Shown here piece by piece: positions 43,753-55,555 of a stretch of 64,000 nucleotides of DNA. This stretch comes from Epiperipatus broadwayi (Eukaryota > Animalia > Onychophora). The position numbers and the translations under genes are program-made. Position 1 is the stretch's first letter. The number at the start of each line of letters is the position of its first letter. The notes beneath the pieces are model-generated. The model searched no databases, had not been told where the DNA came from, and worked only from the letters and a program-made list of their open reading frames with translations. The DNA lies in NCBI GenBank assembly GCA_028023455.1, contig JAQFVV010000002.1, positions 1,240,001-1,304,000 on the forward strand, read 5' to 3'.

Positions 43753-44004
43753 TATATATATATATTATTTTATTGTTTGTAGACACAAATTATTTTTAAG
43801 CAATTTATCTTTTTAAAAATATAAAGAGAGAATATATATATATTTAAAAAAAATGGTGTTAATTAATAAAATGTTTTTTAAATATATTTTCTGAAATTTC
43901 ATTTATACCCCTATAGCTTATGCAGCCATACTGTTGTTCAAGAATATATAAAATGTTCTGCATTTTGTGCCAAAAACTACGGCTTGATATAAACTAAAGA
44001 TCAA

Positions 44005-44502
44005 TATTTTTATATTGGACTATTTCCATCATCTAATATGTGTATTGAATGTCTTTAGAAAAATTTAACTTTATTTAAATATTCCAAATACATTCAACTA
44101 TTAGTAATAGCACATCAAACAGGTTAATATATGCACAATGTTTCAAGAGGTATTATTCTCCCCTCTTTTTCAAATGTTGCTGGCCTGACCAGTGACAGCG
44201 CTAGCAAGGGATTCGAACCTGAGTCTTAGATTATTGAGTATTGAATTTCAAGGTAATGCTCTAACCAACTGAACCAGCATTACCTTAAAATTTAATACTC
44301 AAGAATCCAAGGACCCATGTTCGAATCCCATGCTAGTACAGTCACTAGTTAGGCCAGCAACATCTGAAGAAGAGAGGAGAATAATACCTCTCAAAACGTT
44401 GTGCAACAGTTGAATGTCTTTGGAATATTTAAATAAAGTTAATTTTTTCTAAAGACATTCAATACACATATTAGATTATGGAAATATTCCAATATAAAAA
44501 TA
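44005..44502. mobile_element. Fold-back of a tRNA-headed, HHR-bearing non-coding unit (family E)
   Basis: Arms ~44005-44260 and 44276-44502 are inverted. Minus strand: D-arm/A-box GGTTCAGTTGGTTAGAGC (44275-58), B-box GGTTCGAATCC (44219-09), HHR 44179-44133. Plus-arm HHR at 44358-44405. Confidence 0.85.
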
Positions 44503-44857
44503 CATCTAGAACACCATCATTACAAACCTTCAAGAAAACACTGAAGATCAATATATTCTAAATATGTTTAATCTTTAATGACTAAGGCTGTTGATTGTGG
44601 TTTTTTCAATTTTGGTCATTGCAAAAATTGTACCAACAATGCAGTCTTTGGTGCTCGAAGGCCCTAAGGTAAGCACGCTTATAAAATAATTTTGTCAAAT
44701 ATATTTGGAATTTATATTTTATAATCATGTATTTGCCAAATTTAGTATTTGCAAAGGAATTATTGTCTCACCTCTGTCGCTTTGGCATTATTCTATATTT
44801 CTTTCTTCAATAAGACACAATTTTTATGTTGAACATTGTATGCATTTGTATAAAAAT

Positions 44858-44859
<2 letters not shown>

Positions 44860-44885
<26 letters not shown>
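44860..44885. repeat. (TG)n microsatellite
   Basis: Direct run. Confidence 0.9.
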
Positions 44886-44888
<3 letters not shown>

Positions 44889-45831
44889 TTGTGAGGTTGC
44901 CAATATGAAGTTTTTTACGAAGTAATATACATTTTTCATATTATTTATTATTTAAAAATAAATATAAAAAGTGATATAATTAATTAATTAGTAATATTAA
45001 TGATAAAAAATATTTTGAACTGTACGCTTAATTAAAGAAACCCCCCCCCCTCAATTCTTTTTAATTAGACAATTTCTTATTTTTTATCTAACGCATGAGA
45101 TTTATTATAACGTAATAAGCTTTTTACAATTCAAGATGGACGTATAAATATAATGATCATTTAATAAAGTGGAACTTGATTAAATAAATTTGAATAATGT
45201 TTCCTGATTGCAACAAAATATGGCAACTGAAATCAATGCTTGTAGAATGTAATTAATGTTGATTGTACCATTTTTCATGACAGTTATCCACAATTACCTT
45301 CAATAACTGTCAAAGTTTTCAACTTCGTGCTATTTGTACATCAATTTTCATTTTAATATATATTTGTGTTGAATATTATTAATGAGCCACTATCCTTTTA
45401 CCTTTGTATTATCTTTACTATATATACATATGTCAGCAGGAAGTGTTGCTAAAATAAATTAATCAAGTAAAAACTAACTCATCCTAATGAGTTATTAACT
45501 TTGTTCTCATTAGTAATCAATATTAATATTAGTAAATGCATAGCATATTATAAAAAGTCAATTTATTTTATATTCACATATGTACTCTTACATAATTATA
45601 TACTCTTCATGAAATACTGCTTTTTTTTCTTTAAGAGAACAGTTTTATTTTGATCTTTTAAAGCACACAAGAAAATACATACGCATATATATATACACGT
45701 ATTCATACACTTAACATACACACATATATAAATAAACATAATAGCACTTTTAATCTATAAATGAAAATGTAATATAATGATCAGTTCTTTTAACTGAAAG
45801 TTGACACCTGGTTAAATAACATTTTCTTCAG

Positions 45832-45860
45832 GATAACCTACCACTAAAGTTCAAAATTCG
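45832..45860 (+). CDS. Candidate 29-nt coding exon (DNLPLKFKIR)
   Basis: Acceptor cattttcttcag, donor gtaatt; phase-compatible with 31021-31095 upstream and with 47758-47782 downstream (acceptor tgtttgttttcag; LFRSNMH*). Confidence 0.3.
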
Positions 45861-46039
45861 GTAATTTTTGTTTCAAAAATATTTTTATTAATTACTATGT
45901 GTATAAATTGGAAAGGATATATACAAAGTTAAATGAGGTTATGCTAAGTCATGAGAGTTTTTGTTGAATGTTTTAGTGGGCTGGCATGTTTGTCGTTCTG
46001 TTGTTATTAGCTGGGAAGGTGAATAGAATCCAAATGTCC

Positions 46040-47370
46040 TCAAAGGATTTTTTGGGAGAGACGAGCTCATTTACCGGTAATTACCAATATCTAAAAAATA
46101 ATAAAAATTACCGTTACTGAGGTAACTATTACCAGTATTATTGACTTTAAAAACAAAGTTTTAATTTATTTAAGTCTACCATAAAACAATTTTATTTCAA
46201 ACATTTTATTTTTTAGAAAAAAAGAAAATTAATTTTAAAGTCATGTTAAGTTGGCAAAAGCAATCAAATTCTATTTCATCTCCATTCTAAACCTATTTTG
46301 TATTTACGTAGAATATAATAGTCTACGACTATACTCAAAGTAGAACATGGTTAAAGTATTCTCAAAATATAAATCCCAATCTTTTTCTCTCCAATATTTG
46401 CAATCATGTATTTGCTTTGCTAAATCGCCAAATTAAACTCCATTTAAAATTTGTTGCTCGAGTCTGCGTAGTGCGTAGGTAAGCAGTATTCACCGCTGTT
46501 GAGAAGTTCCGAACATGTTTTGACTTGAACATTTTTATAATGTGAATTTTTTTTTTTTTCATAGTTCTAAAATTTAGAAAATTGCAAGATATTTATAAAA
46601 CCTCTTTCGAAAAATGATTATCTATGACGGAATCATTAAAAATACATTGATGGGAAAAGAACTTAAACTTATTCTCCATACTTGTACAAGATGAAACAAA
46701 TTCTAGGTATGATTTCAAGACTTATTGAATTAAAAGAATGTATTCCAAATGCTTTACGAGTTAGCAGAATTAATGAGGTAATTTCCAATGAAGAATGGAA
46801 GAGTTTAGAAAATATTGTGGATGTACTTTCCCCTTTCAAGTAGTTATCAAAGCGCTTTGTGAAAGGGGAAAATTCCAATTCATTTTTAAAAAACTCAACA
46901 ATCACAATTCAGCATTAGCTACACAATTTAAAAAACTATGAGCGATACTCTTCAAGGATGATGAACATCAATGGATTAATAAGTTATCTTGAAAATACCA
47001 AGTGCTTGAAAAGAAATGATCCTGAATCTGAACAATCCTTCTTATTTCCAAATCATAAAAACTTTAAGAAACTGGCTGAAGAAACTTACAATAGACTTTT
47101 TTAGCCAGATGCAGATGAAGAAATCCAATAAAAAAATGTTCAAGATGAAATTTCAGATGTAGAATCTGAAGATAAAGGTCATTCAATGCTTTAAAGATAC
47201 ACCAAAAAGGTTTAAAAAAACAAGCTAAACCTAAATGCATTATCTTTCATAGCTTTGCTTTAACCAATGAAATGAAGCTTTTTGAGGCTACTGGAGAATG
47301 ATCTGAGCATCATGAAAAACTGTATCAAAATTTAAATACTATCAGAGCAACCATTTGTTTCAAAGTTAAA
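46040..47370 (+). mobile_element. Degenerate hAT-like DNA transposon
   Basis: ttaccggtaattacc subterminal motifs at ~46070-46135. Interrupted frame ..MISRLIELKECIPNALR..EEWKSLENIVDVLSP.. and EMKLFEATGE*SEHHEKLYQNLNTIRAT, resembling hAT catalytic and dimerisation regions. Confidence 0.65.
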
Positions 47371-47984
47371 GTCACATTTATTACCAAAAACATTAGATAG
47401 TTTAAGCTTTTTTAAAATCTTATTTCACTAAAAATTCATGTGAATAGTGTATAGTGTTTTTTTTTCCATAGCATTAAAGAACTTTAATTTTTTACAAAAT
47501 CATTTTTATTTTCTTAAAAAAAGTTTGTTTTTTTTGTTCAATAAAAAGAAAATTTTCTATATTTTTTATGAGAGGATTTGTTTCTGTTAAATAATACGTT
47601 ATATTTCTTTCATAATTTTTAATATCCTGATTAAAAATAAATTTATTGTTGATAATATACTGGCAATTACCATTAATCACAAATTTTACTTTGGTATTTC
47701 ATGGTAATGAAAATGTTGGTAACTTTTTAATTCTACCTACCACCTGTTTGTTTTCAGGTTATTCAGAAGCAATATGCACTAATGTGAAAAGAAAATTGAT
47801 AAAATTTAATTCTTGTCATGTTTTTTTAAGCCATTTAATATATACTTTTGGAATTGTACCATGTACTAATTTTATAAATTATTTACATGCTCTTTCTTTT
47901 TAACAACAATAAGAAAAAACACTTATTCTTTATTAAATTTATATATATATATTGTACTGCTAATGAATAGCGCTACATGTAAAA

Positions 47985-48075
47985 TAGTTAGTGGCCAAGT
48001 GGTCAGCACAGCCGTCTTACAAGCAGTTGTCCTGGGTTTGCAGGTTCACTTCCCTAGCTGATGCTTTGACACATG
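47985..48075 (+). mobile_element. tRNA-derived SINE copy
   Basis: A-box TGGCCAAGTGG, anticodon-like arm and the shared tail gctttgacacatg; homologous to 61503-61577 and 63701-63788. Confidence 0.65.
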
Positions 48076-49968
48076 AAAAAAAATCTTATATTTAAATAAT
48101 GAAAAGATTTTGAAATTAAAATATCTCATTTGAAAAAAAAAAGAAATCGATGAAAGTTTAAAGAGCTTTTTATTATTAGTTTAAAACAGTTTGCTAAAAG
48201 TCAATTCATAAACTTGTACGAATTAAAGAGTAATTAGAGGGGGGAGAAAATTTAACTTGGCAAAAACTAAACTTTAGAATAAATTAAGAAAATGGTATTT
48301 AGAAAAGTTAGTTTTATTAAAAAAAAATGTAGTTAGCCTGAGGGAGAAAGTAACTGAGAAAATTTAAAATATTAAAGAAAAAAAAAGAAATCTTAAAACT
48401 AAAAAATCTCCCCATTTATTTAAAATAAAATAAATATATGTGTGTGTAAATAATGAGTTGATTGTAAACATAAAGAAATAATAAGATGTGTGTGTGTTAA
48501 AAAATAAAATATGAAAGTTAAATATTAAAAATAAATGAAAGTTTATAAGTAAAAAATTCCCTCAAAGATTGCAAATACTGATAAGCTACATAAGAATGGA
48601 TTAGCAATGGCTACTAATTAAAAACCATAAACAACAGATTAATTAAAAGGCATCTTATCAAAAACAAATTTAATCAACAAAAGCAGTGGACAGATTTGAA
48701 AACTAATTAAAAAGATAACAACAAGATGGATCACATAAATAGAGCTGAAAATTAGGTCATTGAGTCTTTTGCATCTTTAAATCCAGTCATCTATTAGATG
48801 TAATTTTTTAAAGACAATGCAGTATTAAGCCAAAGGTTGGAGCATGTGGCCAGATTCCAGCCTCAGTCTGACAGAATATCAGCAGTCTGCCTGATAGAAG
48901 CAATGCCCATCTAATAATTTGACACCACCAGGAATGTCTAACTGCCTAAATAGAAGTAGCTCAGGACTGCAACATAAGCCTAAAATCCAACTGGTTGGTA
49001 AAACATACATGCAGCAGCAAAGAGCAAGAAGTCACAACATTCAAAATCTTATAGATAATATTTTTTATTTCAATTCCTGATATTAATTAAATAGCCATTG
49101 CAATCTTTGAAGCCTCCAGAGTCAGTGTAATAAATGAACTCTATGGCCAGCATAAAAAATAACTTATTATGTGCAAGTTGATATAATAAATCGAGAGTCC
49201 TAGAACCTTGAAAATCATACAAACCAACAGCTCATATGATAGTGTGTGTGTTATATATATATATATTGATACTTATGTTTATTTAATGTTTTATGTTTAT
49301 TATAATATGTGTGAGGATATATGCTATTATGTATTATTGTTTTATTCAGAAAAAGAAATGTTGAAGTCATAAATTAGTTCTCAGTTAATTTTAAATATTT
49401 AAACTAAATTATTTTAGAAATTAATATTTGTCAGTCATTCTTAATTATATTACTAAAAAACAATTTAGCAGAGAAGTATATAAGCAGTTTATTATATTAT
49501 ACTTTTGATTGAACTAGTTGGGATTTCTTATGAGCTGAATTAGTTTGCCATCATTCGGGGTACATTAGTTACTTCTTTTAATTAACTGGCACCTGAAGCT
49601 TACTTCAAAACAAAAAAGTGCTTTGAATTATAGGTATTGAATTTAGCAATCAAGAAGATCTGTGACCTAGAAATGTAGTCGAAGTTACGTATCTTATATA
49701 GCTTCGGCTTGGTAATAGGTACTTTCTGGGTATTATGCTTCTCTGCCTAAGGGACCAATGTGGAGCAAGACTTAAATTACAGTGGAGTAGATCAAATTTA
49801 TAATAAATAATTTTATAATAATATCATATTTTCTATAAAAGAAGTCTTACAATTTTGCTTTTCATAAGTTTCTGTTCCATTAAAGAGTCAAATTGTGGGC
49901 TATATTTTATGCTATATTTTGTGTGTACTATTCAATCTACCTCCCCACCTAGTTCAATATATATATAT

Positions 49969-52108
49969 TATAACGATCCAAACGAAGTGGGAGATCGCAT
50001 CGCACCGTACCGCACTACCAAAGGGCGCCATCTAGGCATTTGAGCCTAGAAAAATTTATAAAGTAGGCAGATATGCGCTGTTAGGATTCCACTTTATTTA
50101 CATATTTAGATCGTTAGCCCATTGTCACTAGCTCAGCGGAGACGCCGAGATAAAAATCTATAAATTTTATATCTTAAATATAAAAGAATAAAATAATAAA
50201 AGCCACTGCCAGAAATTAACACAGAAAAATATTTATTTACGCACATATAAAATCATTCTAAATTCGAGGAATAAGTTTAACATTTAGATTTTTATCTTAA
50301 TTTTTAATTTTACATTTAAAATAGCTTGCTATAATGTTTAATATTTTATTTAGAGGGTCGAGTATGAATGGACTACATAGGTCTGCATTTGAAAGGAAAA
50401 TATTCTTCCCTGATTTAACCTTAGGCAACAAATTTCGCAATCAACTGGTGCCAATCCATCTGATACATTCATGTATTCAATGTAGCATGATACGACAACA
50501 CAAAATACTATATTGTCAGGAATGTACATCTGAACAATAAGTAGAAATAGAGAAGACATTGACTCTCCACCAACAGGAATGTGACATCTGTGGGCAAGTA
50601 GATCAATAAACTAAAAACTCCATAGGAATGGACTGCGGTCTTCTGCCGACTTACAAACCCATCCATAGGCAAACAGAGGGTGTGTGGCGTATATCTATAA
50701 TCCTGCCCGTAGCGGATCTCATACTACATCTACTAATTACACAAATATATCCAATCCATTGAACCAATTCAACTACGAAATGAATAACCTAAGATTACCC
50801 TCCCTTAATACAACTTTACAAACTATATAGCCATTCACGCCCGACTTAATTTTAACATTTAAATACGTTCGCACAGATTTATTTAAAAATGTTGGGTATA
50901 GATCGATTACACAGATTCCACGGTCAAAAACATTTCAAAATAAACATAAACGATCAAAATACAAAATTATTGATACCGACAATCGCAGAGGGAAACTTAT
51001 AAGTAACCCAATAGTATTCACCATAAGATACTTGCGTTGTCACCAATAACTTAAAAGACATCCGAATAAATACATTTTAGATACTCACCGTAAGGTATCA
51101 TTATTTATCGAATGTCTATATATTTTGATCAAATATGAAAACCAAAATCTAATTAACCGCAAATGAATCCATGCAAGCGTCTATAGACAACTTAAATGTA
51201 ATGCATTTAATAATTTCTACAATAAAATATTACTACATATAAAAATATTAAAAGGGAAATGATTCTTTTAACAATCGGGAAAGATATAAAATTAACCATT
51301 ATTAATTTGATTTAAAACTTACAAAAAGTCAGATAAGAGTCCATTTTAAATAAGTCGGCTTGTTTATTAATTTGTTCAACTTGACGAAAGTTCTTGATTG
51401 ATTTTAAGAATTGTTCCTTTCCTATAGCTTACGGTAGCAGAACTCCCGGTTCCTGGTGTCAATGTCCACGGAGTCTTTAATTGAAAGATCGATCTAATGT
51501 TCAGGAGGTGGCATTTGCTGGTTCATGGTATCAGTCATTTCATTTCAGAGATAAGTGGGAGAGAACGATAAAGTGCGTCTTTATCGCTCGTCTCCCCAAC
51601 CAAGTTGAAAAAAGCTTTATGAACTCAATATTTTTTTCTTTTTATATCATCCACAAGGATTCACTGAACAAAACATCACTGCTGTTTTTTTGCCATGGTC
51701 CGAGCCAAGGCTTAGTGCTTCCATTGGTCAAGCTAAAATTTCTTTCTTCTCTTATCTAACTTTCCATCTGACTTTTTAATTAAACAGCTTGTAGATAATT
51801 AATAAACAACCATTTCCTTTTATAGATTACAGGAATTAATTAATACCTGTTTTTATTTTAACTTACGTTATTTTTTTATTAAAATATTTTTATATTTCAA
51901 TCTTGTATTTTTTTATTTAAAAAAAATACATTCAAATACTTTTTTTTTTTTTTGTTTATGAAAAAAAAATATTTTTAAAGTTTAACATCTGTGCGAATAT
52001 ATATATTTAACAATGTTTTAATTTTAGCGTTTAGTTTTTTACTTTTATTTGCGAACTTTTAAGTTTTTATTTTAAATTAATGTAACGACATATTTATATA
52101 TCGTTACA
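49969..52108 (+). mobile_element. CpG-retaining insertion with T(G/A)TAACGA...TCGTTACA ends; possible Ginger-type or Gypsy-derived integrase remnant
   Basis: Ends tataacgat / atcgttaca with ATAT on both sides (within TA repeats). One stop-riddled plus frame 50334-51240 includes ECDICGQV, GLLPTYKPI..EGVWRISI and SRPT*F..KMLGI, loosely integrase-like. Confidence 0.3.
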
Positions 52109-52366
52109 ATATATATATAATATACAAATCAATATATATATCAAAATACAGTACAATTTATATAAATTATATTCTTTTAGAAGTACTTTCGACTATACAC
52201 TTTGTAGTCTTTATCAACTATATAACGTTGATTATTCAACGTTATATAGTTGATAAAGACTACAAAGTGTATAGTCGAAAGTACTTCTAAAAGAATATAA
52301 TTTATATAAATTGTACTGTATTTTGATATATATATTGATTTGTATATTACATATATTGTGAAACGA
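52101..52366. repeat. Near-perfect fold-back (~115-130-bp arms, 4-nt loop) with a U3-A8 HHR in each arm (family C)
   Basis: Loop ttat at 52232-35. Plus 52247-52289 reads TAG-TTGATAA-A-GACTA CAAAGTGTA TAGTC-GAAA-GTAC-TT-CTA; mirror copy at 52178-52220. Confidence 0.9.
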
Positions 52367-54925
52367 ATACAGATATCAAACTTTATTTATTACATATATA
52401 TATATATTATAAATTTAGAAAAAATGATAACTTTAAAATCAATAATAACACATCAACTTTGCAAATAAACAAAAAGAATGATAAACACAAATAAATAAAA
52501 TTAAAAGCTTCATTTTTAGTTTTAAAATTAAAAAATGTATTTTAATGAAAAAAAGTGTCCAACAAGTTTCTATGACTAATACAAATTTTAATAAAAATAA
52601 ATAAATTCAAGTAATGAACATGTATTTTGAAAATTAAAATTTAAATATAAGTTTTTAAAAAAATAATAATAATAATAGCAAGGGATTCTTGATAGTGAGT
52701 TTTTCTGTCTGTCCTTTGTAAATTTTGAGTTGTCTTATATCCTGCTAAAAAACAAATATATTGAAGTAAGGGCTTAATATAATCACCACATACTTACTAA
52801 GAAACAAATATTAAGTTTAATTTTACAATAATAAGCAAATAAACAAATTAAGTATAAATTTTCATTTTAATTTTTAAAAAAGCCAATGTTACACAAGAAC
52901 ATTGAGTTATTTTTCAAAAAAAGAGTGACTACTCATCTTGTATTGACCCTAATCTTACTTTGATCTGACATTTCATTGATAAATATTGTCATCTAAGTAT
53001 TTTTGTTAGAAATAAAATTAATCAGAATAAATTTTAATTCAAGTGTTTACCCTCACATTAATGGAAATGCAAAACCTTCAGTGAATGTAGCAATTAATTG
53101 AAAATGAATTTACTTTAAACTCACAATGCCAAAAGATCTGTAAGAGAATTTATTATCCAAAGGCTAACAACAACTACTTTTTAGAATTGGATTCTATTTT
53201 AATAAATAATGTGTTAGTTGTTAGTAGATTATACAATGTTATTTAAGTACCTCATTGTTATCTTGAACACAATTTAATTAACAAAAATAAGATTTTTTTC
53301 TTTACTCAATTAAAATCAATCAATCTAGAAACATTCATCTCTCAAGTCCATTATTTTACAGTTATAGCAAATTTCTCAGAGCAATAATAATAATTGGTAA
53401 GCATATAGTATATGATCTGTCATCAGATAGAGTCACATAATATATACCAATGATCAAAGAATCAATACTATTCTTTAAAAAATATTAATGTATTTATTAT
53501 AGAATTTATATCAAAAATGCATTAAATGGTAAGTATAAAAGTAAGATATTTAGCTATGAATTTAATTTACATTGCATAGAAATAAAATCTAAGTATTTAC
53601 TATGAAACTTATATCAAGTAGTACAAGAAATAAAATCATGAAAATAATATATTTAGCAATCTAAGCACTTCAGAATGAATTAAACTTATATACAATGAAA
53701 AGTTAATGCTGTAAATGATTTGTGTTTTAGCAACAAAAAATAATTTTTGTAACATGTATATTAATTAAAATCATTTAATAAAAAGTGAATTTCCAAAATG
53801 CAATTCACTTAAAAAAATATTAAGAAGATTCTATATACAAGATATCCACAACTGGAAATGTACATTTCTTAAATTGTAAACAACTGCATTCATTTGCTAC
53901 ATTTTCACTTTATACTGTAAAGGTCACTATAACATGATAACTCATGACAGTACTCAAATGCATTCATTTTGTCAGCTGATATAACTTTATGACTTTTTAT
54001 TCTGCAGTTAATAGGAATCTCTAATTGTGATATTTCTATTAAAATAATGAGAAAGTTTTACTGCAAAGTAGTATGCAATGAAAAGAAAATATGACATTTT
54101 TGCATCAACACAATTTCTTGGATATGTGTGTTATTATAGAGCATGTAGGCAATACAATTCTGTAACACAGAAGAAAAGAAGGAAGATCTCAAATAAAGAA
54201 TTTACTCCAGTTTTATATTTCCACAAATTTAATTTGTCATGGATAGCTTTCATAAAACACACTGATTGCTAACATTATTTATTGCTTTTTAAAATATATG
54301 TAATTTTATACCTTTATTTAATATATCACTTGCCCTTATGAATATGTGTTTGATTCATATTTATATTTTATTTTTATGAGTTGTGTGTATTTAAAAAATG
54401 TATTGCTTTCAATTGTTTTTCTTATGGATTACAATTTAATATGAAGTAAGACCTATTCATTCTCCATTGTTTAGATTGCTAAACATTTTATTTTCTTGCC
54501 TCTATTTAATACATTTCTTGCCATACATAAAGTCATACACTTTATTTTTTTTGCTTAGTTTGTTTTTTGATTTTGACATGAAATGTGCCCATCTGATGAA
54601 TATATCACACTACAGGGACACCAAATAATAATGTTATGGTTTGTTGCTAGAGAGATCATGTGATGTAATATGATTTCATAAGTGGCATATTGAAAACAAC
54701 TACTACATTTTATTGAATTATAACTTTTCAACATAACCAAAATGGAACTATTTTAATTTTATTATTTGTGTTTTAAATGTTAGTTAAAATCTAATCTAAT
54801 TGAATGGATGCTTCTATTTTTGCCATCCAATTAAGATCTCAAAAGTGTATCTGATAAACAATAGTTCATTAATGTTAAGCTTCATCACTTCTTGACAAGT
54901 TTTAAGGCCGATTATCTATTTGTAG

Positions 54926-54981
54926 GTCAAGCAATTAAAGAACCTTGTATCTTATATCTAGGCCAGATTTGTACAATAATT
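54926..54981 (+). CDS. Candidate 56-nt coding exon ((G)QAIKEPCILYLGQICTII)
   Basis: Acceptor ctatttgtag, donor gtaagt, open frame; phase-compatible with candidate 53362-53396. Confidence 0.3.
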
Positions 54982-55254
54982 GTAAGTTGAATTAAGAACC
55001 TGAATATAAATCTTAATATGTTTTACATAAGAACTTTGCATGCTGAAACTACATAGTATACTAAAGAATCTAAATAGCATATTTTAATAAGATCACCTCA
55101 GCAAAACTATATTTAAATGGTCAGAAAATAAAACCTTTATGCTTCTAATTGCTTATAATGATTTTTCAGAAAATTTTTTGAAATACATAAAATAGATAAT
55201 AGCAAGCTTTATAATGAAATCCAGAATATGAACCAATATCTCATCTACATATTC

Positions 55255-55555
55255 ATTATTATCACCTTCATTTTCAATGATTATAAATCCACTGCAGCAT
55301 GAAAGTCAATTTAATCCAAATTTTTTATTCATAGTCTTTCGTCTTCACATCACATTAATAAACTTTCTTCCATTATTCATCAATCTCACATGTAGCCTTT
55401 TTCTTGGATGCTTATTATCTCTTAGAATCCAATTTAAAAACTTCAACTGTTCAACTCTTATCACTTTTCTAGAAATATATCCAATGCAGATTTATTTCAG
55501 TCTCTTAATTTTTTCAATAAAGTCTGTATTATATGTTTGTTATTTCAACCATTAA
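55255..55555 (-). mobile_element. Old 3' fragment of the same RTE family
   Basis: atccactgcagcatgaa..catcaatctcacatg..ttttttcaataa parallels 40482-40730 with heavy divergence. Confidence 0.8.

Noticed and set aside
44200-44290. Functional tRNA gene here, at 47985, or at 63701
   Set aside because: Acceptor and T stems do not close, spacing is abnormal, and the sequences are embedded in repeats; treated as SINE-type heads.
51100-51150. Minus FHI*SKYIDIR* resembling the Ty1/copia RNase H end
   Set aside because: Flanking residues do not continue the copia motif; probably chance.
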